A DNA stretch of 16,562 nucleotides from Promethearchaeota archaeon (GTDB lineage: Archaea; Asgardarchaeota; Thorarchaeia; Thorarchaeales; Thorarchaeaceae): assembly GCA_027031765.1 (NCBI GenBank), contig JALVPN010000062.1, forward strand, positions 1 through 16,562, in the 5' to 3' direction. The notes below the pieces were generated by a model. The model was given only the letters and a program-made list of their open reading frames with translations. It was not told the origin of the DNA and did not search any database. Shown here piece after piece: positions 7,339 to 15,878 of the stretch (within the stretch, counting starts at the first letter, position 1; every line of letters begins with the position of its first letter). Both the position numbers and the translations under genes were made by a program.

Positions 7339-8181
7339 CTACTTGGTCCTGGCATCAAGCTCCAGTGACGCGGGTTCGCCAGGGGTGTACGCCACCCGCA
7401 CCTCCAGCAGGTCACCCCTGTCGACCTGTACCGGCGCTTCCAGTGGGAGGAAGAGCTCCCGCCACCCGTCCTCCATCTGGAGCACAATGTCGTCCGTCAG
7501 CGTGGCATCGAACATCCCGAGCAGGCCGTGTACTGTCCCCCTGTCCGCGACCTCGAACTGGACCCGGTGCTCGACGTGCAGTGGCGTGTCCGGGTCGCCG
7601 AAGTCAAAGTGCACAACGGGCACAAGGTCGGCCAGGTCGCGGGCGACACCATGGTCTACCGTCTGTGGTGCCGGCGGGAAGATGAGTCCTTCGACCGCAA
7701 AGCGGTGCAGCACTCCCGGGCACTCCACTGGGACGAGATACACCGTTGCAGATGCCGGCAGGACGGTCCCGCCTGCTCTCAGGACGTGTGATACACCGTG
7801 TCTGCAGGCCGGCACCTGTGGTTCCACCAGCATGATGGACGACAGCATCTCACACACGAGGATGTCTGCACCCTCAGACAGGCAGAAGTCTGCAAAGTGC
7901 CCCTCGACCACGGTCACAGTGTCGGACAGCCCGTTCAGCTGTACCGCCTTGCGCGCATAGTCCACAGACCTGCGGTTCACTTCAAGGGCGGTCACCTGCC
8001 CGGCGCCCAGACGTGCGGCGAGCATGCTCAGCACACCGGTCCCTGCCCCGAACTCTACCACGTGGCACCCGGGAGTCACCGTGCACTCAAGCGCCCGTCG
8101 GAACTTGTGGACCCGCGATGTGTGCGTCAGCAGGCTCACTGCGTGCAACAGTGAGAATGGAGTGACGTTCTCGCCTCTCAT
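7339..8181 (-). CDS. Class I SAM-dependent methyltransferase with PRMT-like architecture (Rossmann fold plus beta-barrel)
   Basis: Motif I VVEFGAGTGVLSMLAARLGA, post-I VTALE, double-E-like loop CEMLSSIMLVE, GGTVLP, and barrel strands GTVHGLLGMFDATL and DGWRELFLPL. Confidence 0.85.
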   Translation of the reverse strand: MRGENVTPFSLLHAVSLLTHTSRVHKFRRALECTVTPGCHVVEFGAGTGVLSMLAARLGAGQVTALEVNRRSVDYARKAVQLNGLSDTVTVVEGHFADFCLSEGADILVCEMLSSIMLVEPQVPACRHGVSHVLRAGGTVLPASATVYLVPVECPGVLHRFAVEGLIFPPAPQTVDHGVARDLADLVPVVHFDFGDPDTPLHVEHRVQFEVADRGTVHGLLGMFDATLTDDIVLQMEDGWRELFLPLEAPVQVDRGDLLEVRVAYTPGEPASLELDARTK

Positions 8182-8208
8182 GTCATACTGACAGCCCCCA
8201 GTCCCACA

Positions 8209-8216
8209 GATAAGTC
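8209..8216 (-). promoter_or_regulatory. Putative TATA-like box (GACTTATC) for the methyltransferase gene
   Basis: About 30 nt upstream of ATG 8181, consistent with a nearly leaderless archaeal transcript. It is divergent from the box at 8288-8295. Confidence 0.4.
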
Positions 8217-8287
8217 CCCCGTGGTCTTCGTACCGACTGCAACTGCATATGATGTGCCAGACATCCGCCCTTCCCCTAACGAGAGGT

Positions 8288-8295
8288 ACTTATAG
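8288..8295 (+). promoter_or_regulatory. Putative TATA box (ACTTATAG) for the TPR-Nudix unit
   Basis: It matches the ACTTATA boxes seen elsewhere in the window and lies about 70 nt upstream of TTG 8367, which has GAGGT just upstream. Confidence 0.45.
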
Positions 8296-8366
8296 CAGTC
8301 GACGGACGACGCACTGGGTCTTGATGGTCCGCGACCGGTGCAAGTGAAAGGAAGGCCTGAGGTCTA

Positions 8367-9521
8367 TTGGAAAAGGAACTTGGTGCTGCAATACGCGCCC
8401 TAGACGAGGGCAGGTTCGAGGACGCGCTCGCAATACTCGAGCCCCTTGCGGAGTCCGACAGTGACAACCCCGAGGTCTTGCTGTACTTGGGCATTGCATA
8501 TGTCCAGACCGAACAGCCCGAGAAGGCAGCCCGTGTGCTCGGGAAGGCCGAGGGGATGGTCGAAGAACACTGCATCCTGTGCCTGTTCCTCGGCCGCGCG
8601 CTCGAATCGCTCGGCAACCTGTACGAGGCCGAACAGTGTCTGCGCCGGGCAGTGGCCCTGGAGCCTCATGCACAGGAGGCATGGGAAGACCTCGTTGCCG
8701 TCCTCTTTGCCCGCCGGCACTATGGCGAGGCCCTCATGGTGCTGGAAGAGGCATCGCAGTACTTTCCACATCTGCCGACCCTGACAATACTCCGTGCAGT
8801 CTGCTACTTCCGGCTCGGAGACTACTCTGCATCAGAGGCCTGCTGGCGCCAGATGGTGGGACAGTGTCCGCAGTCCGCAACAGCACGTGCCGGCCTTGTT
8901 GAGGCCCTCATCACCCTCGGCCGCTATGCGGAGGCCCAAGAGGTCTTGCGGGACATGCAGCAGCTAGGTGCCAGGGGGTCCAAGTACCACCTGCTGCATG
9001 CAGAGCTGCTCGTCCATGCCGGCGAGTACGACCGGGCAGTGGAGTTACTGGGCTCGGTACTTGCTGAGCGGCCGCACAGTATCGTGGCCCTCTCACTCAT
9101 GGCAGTTGCACAGTACCGACGGGGTACGGTCTCAGAGGCCATGTACTACCTCCGCCTCGCGGAGTCGAACGAGTCGACGCATACCCAGAGCTGGAGGCCG
9201 CTGATGAAGGCCTACCGGGCCCTGGGCATGGACGACCGGGTGATCAGATGCCTTGACCGGGGCACTTACGCAGATGTCGGTGCGGCAGCCCCTTGGATTG
9301 CGCTCGCCGTGGAGTACCGGCGGCGGCAGATGGCCGACCTCGAGGTGAACGCGTGGCGCAAGTCAATCGAGCTGCGACAGTACGTCAAGGTCACGTGTCC
9401 CTCGTGTGGGGTCACGAGCAGGCTGCGGTGTCGGCACCACCACATAGAAATCCCCGGCACGCAGTACTGCGAACGCTGTGACGGTGAGGTGCCGCTCCCC
9501 GCTGCACTGGCCGTGAGCTGA
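8367..9521 (+). CDS. Tetratricopeptide-repeat protein with a C-terminal CxxC...CxxC zinc ribbon
   Basis: Repeated TPR-like helical pairs (GRFEDALAIL, LLYLGIAYVQ, LGRALESLGNLYEAEQCLRRAVALEP, GEYDRAVELL). The C-terminus reads VKVTCPSCG-x-YCERCDGEV. Confidence 0.88.
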   Translation: MEKELGAAIRALDEGRFEDALAILEPLAESDSDNPEVLLYLGIAYVQTEQPEKAARVLGKAEGMVEEHCILCLFLGRALESLGNLYEAEQCLRRAVALEPHAQEAWEDLVAVLFARRHYGEALMVLEEASQYFPHLPTLTILRAVCYFRLGDYSASEACWRQMVGQCPQSATARAGLVEALITLGRYAEAQEVLRDMQQLGARGSKYHLLHAELLVHAGEYDRAVELLGSVLAERPHSIVALSLMAVAQYRRGTVSEAMYYLRLAESNESTHTQSWRPLMKAYRALGMDDRVIRCLDRGTYADVGAAAPWIALAVEYRRRQMADLEVNAWRKSIELRQYVKVTCPSCGVTSRLRCRHHHIEIPGTQYCERCDGEVPLPAALAVS

Positions 9522-9524
9522 CCG

Positions 9525-10013
9525 ATGGGGGTGTTGTCCACGTCCGGTCGTGAGTACCCTCAGCACCCCATTCCGGGAGTGGGCGCAATAGTTGTCGGGA
9601 GGCCGGGCGTGCTCCTCGTCCGACGTGACAAGTTCCCTGATGCTGGCCTCTGGAGCTTTCCCGGTGGTGGCGTCGAACTCGGCGAGACAATGGAGGAGGC
9701 TGTTGTACGGGAGGTGTTCGAGGAGACCGGCGTACTATGCAGGCCGGTGCAGTACGCGGGGTCTGCTGACCTCATCTTCTCCGACGGTGCCGGACGCGTC
9801 CAGTACCACTTCGTGCTCAACCATTACATTGCCGTTGCACTCACAGAACACACGAGGCCCGAGTCCGCCAAGGCGGAGGTGGCATGGTTCCCGCATGTGC
9901 AGCTACCACGTGATGAGATGCCACCACTGGTGGCCCACCTGCTGGACTACCACCTGCCCCGGATAACCGAGGTCGTGCGACGCCATTCCCATACGAGACG
10001 ACCAGCGCCGTAG
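9525..10013 (+). CDS. Nudix hydrolase (ADP-ribose pyrophosphatase-like)
   Basis: An intact Nudix box, GGVELGETMEEAVVREVFEETGV, and an N-terminal REYPQHPIPGVGAIVV typical of this subfamily. It starts 3 nt after the TPR stop. Confidence 0.93.
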   Translation: MGVLSTSGREYPQHPIPGVGAIVVGRPGVLLVRRDKFPDAGLWSFPGGGVELGETMEEAVVREVFEETGVLCRPVQYAGSADLIFSDGAGRVQYHFVLNHYIAVALTEHTRPESAKAEVAWFPHVQLPRDEMPPLVAHLLDYHLPRITEVVRRHSHTRRPAP

Positions 10014-10178
10014 TACCCGCCCCTGTCCCCACTCGCTCCGGAGATGGCACATGCTGTTCCCCCGTCCTCCGACAGGAAACACAACCGCATGTGCCCTGCG
10101 CAGCCCAAGAGATAAATAAGTACGTGTTCCAACTGGTCTTCTGTCCGACCTACAGACAACGTGTGGATGTGTGTTAAC

Positions 10179-10643
10179 ATGCCCAGAACCTTCCTAGCTC
10201 TACTTGTCACACTCATAGCAGCTGTGCTGATAGGTGCGTTCCAGATTGTCGGCTTGGACCTTGATGCAATCCAGCAGCTCCTCCAGAGTGGCAACATCAC
10301 CGAGACCCTCCGCAACTGGGGCGCAGCTCTGTTCCAGAACCTGATACGACCGTACACCATTGCCACAACATACTCCGCCTACGCACCGATGGTGGCCCTC
10401 GGTGTTGGCGGCTTCGTTGGCGGTCTGGTGTCCAAAGACCCGTTGCGGATGCTATTCGTGTCAATCGTGTCGCTCGTCCTCTTCTTCCTTGGCTACTTCA
10501 TCCTCTCACTGGGTGCCCCGCTGGCACTGGAGCCGCTGAAGAATGAGGTCCTGGACCTCGCAATCGACCTTGCGGTCTCGTTCGCCCTCATCTTCGTCCC
10601 GGGGATTATCGGTGCGTCCATGACCCAGGAAACAGACTCATAG
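10179..10643 (+). CDS. Hypothetical membrane protein (about 4 TM segments)
   Basis: Hydrophobic segments FLALLVTLIAAVLIGAFQIV, MVALGVGGFVGGLVS, LFVSIVSLVLFFLGYFIL and LAVSFALIFVPGIIGASM. An ATAAATA box lies at 10112-10118. Confidence 0.8.
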   Translation: MPRTFLALLVTLIAAVLIGAFQIVGLDLDAIQQLLQSGNITETLRNWGAALFQNLIRPYTIATTYSAYAPMVALGVGGFVGGLVSKDPLRMLFVSIVSLVLFFLGYFILSLGAPLALEPLKNEVLDLAIDLAVSFALIFVPGIIGASMTQETDS

Positions 10644-10788
10644 CCCGCCGTGTAGGCGTACGTGCTACCTGCAACCGTATCTCACTCTGGCGGCACGTAC
10701 CGCCCCACTGGAGGGCCGCGCGAGCTGTACTGTGTCCGTGCTGTCCACCATGTGCGGCCCCCCAGTAGGGGACAACGAGTACTGCTGA

Positions 10789-12285
10789 TCACTGGGCAGA
10801 TGCCATCATTGATGTCAACACCTCAGAGAGCCCGTCAAGGAACTCGTCGAGGTGCTCTGACCGTACGAATGCCCCTGCGGCCATCGGATGGCCCCCGGCC
10901 TCGACCACGAGGGTACCGTACTTCTGGTTGAGCACCTCACCTGTCCTCACAAAGGCATCGCGTAGGTTCACCCCGGCATCAAGCACCTGTTTTCTCGCGC
11001 GTCCTGAGATCTTCACCACCGGCCCCTCATCAGTCGTGTTCTCGCTCACGCCGATCACCGGCCTGTCCGCCGGTACTATCCGCGCCCCCTGTGCCATCCC
11101 GATGACGATACCGATGATGGTGTCCGGGGTCTCAGGGTCGCGCACCAGGTACATGCCCGGCCGCTCGTCATACCCGTTCTCTTCAAGCCTCCTCAGTGCA
11201 GCCGCTAGGTTCGCCCTGTGCTCGTGCAACAGGGTCCTGCCAGTAGCGTAGGCCCCCTTGTCACCCAGACACACCTTCACGCCGACCTCGGGCCGACGGT
11301 TCCTGCCGCAGGCGTTGAGGAGGGTCGAGAACTCCTTTGCATTCGCCAGCTCGGTGTGTTGTGGCCGCCGGACCAGTAGGACAACATCGCCTATGATTCC
11401 CTCGGCCACCCGGGGGTCGTCGTAGGCGTCGAGGATGTACATGAAGAGCCTCTGGGTTGCCCGTCTCTTCTCCGCGCTGGACAGGTCCATCCACGTACGC
11501 CAGTGTCCGTCGTCGTCCTTCACAGGGATGGAGAGTGCTTCGAAAAAGGCATAGCACGCGTCCCTGTTCCCGGTCAGGCCCGGTATGTAGGGCTCTGTTG
11601 AGTACTCGAGGAGCATTGGCAAGGGGCGCGTGTTGACGCCAAAGAACGTGAGGTCACGCGTTATGCGCACCAGCCCGGTCTGCCTTGCAAGGCCGAGTAT
11701 CTCCCGGTTCAGACCAACGAAACCTTTGCCATAGTAGTCCTGGAGGTCACCGGTGGCGCCCACGACCGCGAGCTCTGTAAGGTCGTAGTTCTCCGGGTCG
11801 ACAGCGAGTGCAAGCAGGAAGGCCACGCCAGCACCCGACACGTCGTAGCTCCCGTTGAGCCCGTGCCGACAGGGGTTGACCTCGACTATCCTGTCCACGA
11901 CGACCCCTGAGTCCAGTGTGTCTTCTGTGGGCAGGTGGTGGTCAAGGATGATGACCCTCTCGACACCGACCATGTCATCAAGGTTGTCCTCAATGAGTGC
12001 GCGCTGCCCGGTGCCGAGGTCGCTGAACACGACAAGGTCTGGGCTGTGTTCTCTGACAAGCCGCATCACCTCCTCCATGGTCTCTGAGTTCAGCTGGTGG
12101 ATGTTCTTCCAGACCACCCCCCTGTGGACCCGTTCGAACATGGTCACCAATATTGCGAGGGCGGTGATACCGTCCGCATCTATGTGCGAGATGGCGAGGG
12201 GCTTGCGTAACGTGTGGACGGCGCCTGCTGCCTCCTCTAGCAGCCCCCTCATGTCATAGGGTACTGTCATCAGTAGGTCGTGCAT
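10789..12285 (-). CDS. DHH/DHHA1 phosphoesterase, archaeal RecJ/Cdc45 (GAN-like) 5'-3' exonuclease
   Basis: Motifs SHIDADG, FSDLG, ILDHH, NP..HGLNGSYDVSGAGVAFLLA, LAVVGATGDLQD and C-terminal GGHPMAAG. It also has the helical insertion (PYIPGLTG...) seen in archaeal RecJ/Cdc45 homologues. Confidence 0.9.
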   Translation of the reverse strand: MHDLLMTVPYDMRGLLEEAAGAVHTLRKPLAISHIDADGITALAILVTMFERVHRGVVWKNIHQLNSETMEEVMRLVREHSPDLVVFSDLGTGQRALIEDNLDDMVGVERVIILDHHLPTEDTLDSGVVVDRIVEVNPCRHGLNGSYDVSGAGVAFLLALAVDPENYDLTELAVVGATGDLQDYYGKGFVGLNREILGLARQTGLVRITRDLTFFGVNTRPLPMLLEYSTEPYIPGLTGNRDACYAFFEALSIPVKDDDGHWRTWMDLSSAEKRRATQRLFMYILDAYDDPRVAEGIIGDVVLLVRRPQHTELANAKEFSTLLNACGRNRRPEVGVKVCLGDKGAYATGRTLLHEHRANLAAALRRLEENGYDERPGMYLVRDPETPDTIIGIVIGMAQGARIVPADRPVIGVSENTTDEGPVVKISGRARKQVLDAGVNLRDAFVRTGEVLNQKYGTLVVEAGGHPMAAGAFVRSEHLDEFLDGLSEVLTSMMASAQ

Positions 12286-12310
12286 TGTTCATGAGGTCAC
12301 GCCACTAGCA

Positions 12311-12320
12311 CAATATAAGT
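12311..12320 (-). promoter_or_regulatory. Putative TATA box (ACTTATATTG on the minus strand) for the DHH gene
   Basis: About 28 nt upstream of ATG 12285, the typical archaeal spacing for a leaderless or near-leaderless mRNA. Confidence 0.55.
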
Positions 12321-12361
12321 CGTCATCTCGGGCATGGCGAGATATGACCTGGGACTGGCAG

Positions 12362-12703
12362 TCACTCACTGGCACGTGCCAGTACACGCGAGAGGGCTAG
12401 GAAGACCAGTACGAACACGCCTGCCGCCGCTGCGAGCGCCTTTGCAGCTTTCTGCCAGAATGTCTTTGGGACCTCCATGTCCCTGAGCTCGTTCCTGACA
12501 CGCTTCACGTACACCCGCGTCTCATCAAAGAGGGTAAGGGGGTCGTCGTGCTGTGTGGCGAACTCCTCCCAGCTCTGATAGAACGGCGGCCCCGGGTCCG
12601 TGTTCAGCCACTCGTCCCACAATGTCATCAGCATGTTGCGGTGGGGTGGCGGGAACCGTGCAATTGTCCGTCTGACCCGGGACTCCATCTCCTCGTCCAA
12701 CAA
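12362..12703 (-). CDS. Small hypothetical protein with a single C-terminal transmembrane helix
   Basis: A 113-aa ORF with a helical-looking soluble part and a C-terminal hydrophobic segment ALAAAAGVFVLVFLALSRVL. A TTTAAT box lies on the minus strand at about 12767-12772. Confidence 0.7.
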   Translation of the reverse strand: MLDEEMESRVRRTIARFPPPHRNMLMTLWDEWLNTDPGPPFYQSWEEFATQHDDPLTLFDETRVYVKRVRNELRDMEVPKTFWQKAAKALAAAAGVFVLVFLALSRVLARASE

Positions 12704-12986
12704 TGACCAGCACCTTGTGTCCTAGTTACCACGATGGCGGACACACTCCACTCTGAGTCGTCACTATTAAAGTTAGAGTTCCTCCAATGCACCCAATTGT
12801 CGTGGGGGTGTGCAACTGTACCGACACGAGTGTCCTGTCCTCTGCCCCCCGGGCCTCCCGCAGGGTCCACTACCGGGCTGCAGCCTCTCTCACTGTATCA
12901 GGCACGAGCTCGAGGCCTGCCTCCAGCCCTACGGGGTCGTGTCCACGTCACGCAGGCGTCCGGGGTCTGGAGGACCACGTCTCTGT

Positions 12987-15878
12987 TCAGTGGCCCGAGT
13001 CCGTCTGGCCCTCCAGTGCCGCATGCGCCACGTGCGTCCCGTGCAGGACTCGGGCAAGGTGTTGTCCCGTATATGAGGCCGGACACGCGCACACCTCCTC
13101 CGGGGTGCCACAGACGACCACCTCGCCACCCCTGTCACCGCCCTCGGGCCCCAGGTCGACTATCCAGTCTGCGGTCTTGATGACCTCAAGGTTGTGCTCT
13201 ATCACAATGACCGTGTTGCCAGCGTCCACGAGGCGGTTGAGGACACGCAACAGGACGGCAACATCCGATGCTGAGAGGCCGGTGGTGGGCTCGTCAAGGA
13301 TGTAGAGCGTGTTCCCGGTACTGCGTCGGGCGAGCTCGGCAGCCAGTTTCATCCTCTGGGCCTCACCACCCGACAGGGTTGTCGCCGGCTGGCCCAGCTG
13401 GAGGTACCCCAGGCCCACATCGACGAGGGTCTGCAGACGGGAGGCCACCTTCGGGATGTCCCTGAAGAACTCAAGGGCCTCCTCAATGGTCATCGAGAGC
13501 ACCTCCGTGATGTTCTTGCCCTTGTACTCCACTTCGAGGGTCTCACGGTCAAAGCGTCGTCCATGACAGACATCGCAGGTGATATACACATCACTCATGA
13601 AGTGCATCTCGATCCGCAGTAGGCCCGAGCCCCTGCACTTCTCGCACCGTCCCTCACGGGTGTTGAAGCTGAAGCGTCCCGGCCCGAAGCCACGCCTCTT
13701 CGCCTCCGGCATCTTGGCGAAAAGCGCACGGATCTCGTCGAATGTCTTGGTGTACGTGGCCGGGTTCGAGCGTGGTGTGCGCCCAATGGGTGACTGGTCG
13801 ACGAGGACCACGCGGTCAATGTGGTCGGCCCCGTCAATGCCGTCGTGTGGGCCCGGCAGCGGCCCGGTCCCACGCAGGTGCCTGGCAAGTGCCTTGTAGA
13901 GGGTCTCGTAGACCAGGCTGCTCTTGCCACTGCCGGACACCCCGGTGACACAGATGGACAGGCCGACCGGGAACTCCACCGTTATCTCCTTGAGGTTGTG
14001 GAGCCGGGCACCACGGAGTACTATCTTCCGCCCGTCAGGTACGCGTCGGTGCTCGGGCACAGGTATCTGTCGTTCTCCTGCAAGGTACTGGGCGGTCAGG
14101 GAGACCGGATGTGAGAGCACCTCTTCCGGGGGCCCCTGGGCCACGACCTGACCACCGTGCACACCTGCGCCCGGCCCCAGGTCTATGATGTGGTCGGCTG
14201 CACTGATGATGTCGCGGTCGTGTTCGATGACGACCACGGTGTTCCCAAGGTCACGGAGGCGGTAGAAGGTGTCAATCAGCCTCTGTACGTCTCTCGGGTG
14301 CAGCCCGATGCTCGGTTCGTCAAGACAGTACAGGACACCCGTCAGTGCAGAGCCGATCTGGGTGGCAAGCCGGATACGCTGGGCCTCACCACCGGAGAGC
14401 GTCATTGACAGCCGGTCCAGGGTCAGGTACTCAAGGCCCACAGACACGATGAACCTCAGACGGCTCACGATTTCACGGAGCACCAGCCGTGCAATCTTCT
14501 CGTCGCGTTCGGAGAGCCCCAGCCCCTCAAAGAAGCGCAGGGCCTCTTCAATGGTCATTGCCGAGACCTCGTCGATGGCCTTCCCGCCGACAGTCACCGC
14601 GAGGCTCTCCGGCAGCAGCTTCCTGCCACCACAGGCACGACAGGGGAGACGCCGGGCGTACTGACTGGCTATGTGCTGTCTGTACCTCTCAGATGACGTC
14701 TCCTGCATGTGCCGGCGGAGCCGTGGTATCATCCCCTCCCACCTGCGCGTGACGGCTATGCGCTCACGCCCGCCCCTGTAACGCTCGTCCTCGTACTCAA
14801 AGCTGACCGTGTACTCGGGCTGGCCCCACAGCAGGACACTGACCGCCTCCTCTGAGAGCTCCTCCCACGGTGTGTCCAGTGAGAAACCCGCAGCATGTGC
14901 AAGTGCCTCGAGGAACCGTCCCTGCCAGTTGTCGGACACGTTCCTCCACGGGCGGAGTGCGCCCTCGCGGAGTGAGAGGGTCTTGTCTGGCACCACCAGC
15001 TCGGGGTCAATGTCGAGGATGACGCCGAGCCCGTTGCACTCTGGACACGCGCCCGACGGGCGGTTGTATGAGAACGCCTTCGGGTCCAGGCGTTCGTACC
15101 TCGTGCCGCACTGGGGACACATCAGCTCCTCTGCAAAGAACAGGTCGGGGGCACCCTCTCTCGCGACCACCGCCGCCCCATCACCCGTTTCGAGGGCGGT
15201 CTCCAGTGCACCTACCAGGCGCTCCCTCTGTCCGTGCCCCAGCACCACGCGGTCGACCACCACGTCGATGTCATGTGTGGCCGCTGCGTCCAGACTCAGT
15301 GTCTCTATGTCAGCGACCCTGCCGTCCACACGTACCCGGACGAAGCCGTTCTCGAGGAGCCTACGCAGTACGTCCCTGTGGTCACCCCTCTGACCACGTA
15401 CGACCGGTGCGAGGACGAGCACGTGCTCACCGCCGTTCTCCTCAAGGAGGAGCCGTGCAGCAGACTCGGCCGTGAGGTGTTCGATAGGCCTGCCACACTG
15501 GAGGCAGTGGAGGACTCCGATGTTGGCGTAGAGCAGTCGCAGGTAGTCGTGGATCTCGGTGCTGGTGGCCACGGTGCTCCTGGGGTTCTTCGATGGCCCC
15601 CGTTGCTCTATTGACACCGCTGGCGGCAGCCCGGTTATCTTCTCGACGCGTGGCTTGTCAAGACGGCCAAGGAACCTGCGTGCATACGCGGACAGTGACT
15701 CGACGTACCTCCGCTGCCCCTCTGCAAACACGGTGTCGAAGACCAGGGTCGACTTGCCTGAACCGGAGGGGCCTGTCACCACCACGAGCTGGTCACGGGG
15801 GATATCAACGCTGATGCCCTTGAGGTTGTGTTCTTCGGCCCTTACAACACGGATGTAGTCTGTCAGGCTATGCCCCAC
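12987..15878 (-). CDS. uvrA: Excinuclease ABC subunit A (UvrA), full length, about 963 aa
   Basis: Two Walker A motifs ([16 protein letters not shown]), two LSGGEAQR signatures, and LDEPSIGLH / LDEPTTG. Three zinc modules are present (CLQC-CPQC, CPEC-CRAC, CEKC-CDVC), plus the UvrB-binding and insertion domains. The start is set at GTG 15878 ([20 protein letters not shown]); the ORF track extension to 16040 is an out-of-frame overlap with the upstream gene. Confidence 0.97.
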   Translation of the reverse strand: MGHSLTDYIRVVRAEEHNLKGISVDIPRDQLVVVTGPSGSGKSTLVFDTVFAEGQRRYVESLSAYARRFLGRLDKPRVEKITGLPPAVSIEQRGPSKNPRSTVATSTEIHDYLRLLYANIGVLHCLQCGRPIEHLTAESAARLLLEENGGEHVLVLAPVVRGQRGDHRDVLRRLLENGFVRVRVDGRVADIETLSLDAAATHDIDVVVDRVVLGHGQRERLVGALETALETGDGAAVVAREGAPDLFFAEELMCPQCGTRYERLDPKAFSYNRPSGACPECNGLGVILDIDPELVVPDKTLSLREGALRPWRNVSDNWQGRFLEALAHAAGFSLDTPWEELSEEAVSVLLWGQPEYTVSFEYEDERYRGGRERIAVTRRWEGMIPRLRRHMQETSSERYRQHIASQYARRLPCRACGGRKLLPESLAVTVGGKAIDEVSAMTIEEALRFFEGLGLSERDEKIARLVLREIVSRLRFIVSVGLEYLTLDRLSMTLSGGEAQRIRLATQIGSALTGVLYCLDEPSIGLHPRDVQRLIDTFYRLRDLGNTVVVIEHDRDIISAADHIIDLGPGAGVHGGQVVAQGPPEEVLSHPVSLTAQYLAGERQIPVPEHRRVPDGRKIVLRGARLHNLKEITVEFPVGLSICVTGVSGSGKSSLVYETLYKALARHLRGTGPLPGPHDGIDGADHIDRVVLVDQSPIGRTPRSNPATYTKTFDEIRALFAKMPEAKRRGFGPGRFSFNTREGRCEKCRGSGLLRIEMHFMSDVYITCDVCHGRRFDRETLEVEYKGKNITEVLSMTIEEALEFFRDIPKVASRLQTLVDVGLGYLQLGQPATTLSGGEAQRMKLAAELARRSTGNTLYILDEPTTGLSASDVAVLLRVLNRLVDAGNTVIVIEHNLEVIKTADWIVDLGPEGGDRGGEVVVCGTPEEVCACPASYTGQHLARVLHGTHVAHAALEGQTDSGH

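Noticed and set aside
13130-13480. Nucleotide similarity to 16040-16380, considered as a direct repeat or mobile-element boundary
   Set aside because: It is fully explained by the conserved NBD2 coding motifs of the two uvrA paralogues.
12734-15858. Numerous + strand ORFs over the uvrA gene
   Set aside because: They are antisense shadows expected in high-GC coding DNA: low-complexity Arg/Pro/Ser-rich or inverse-codon translations with no motifs.
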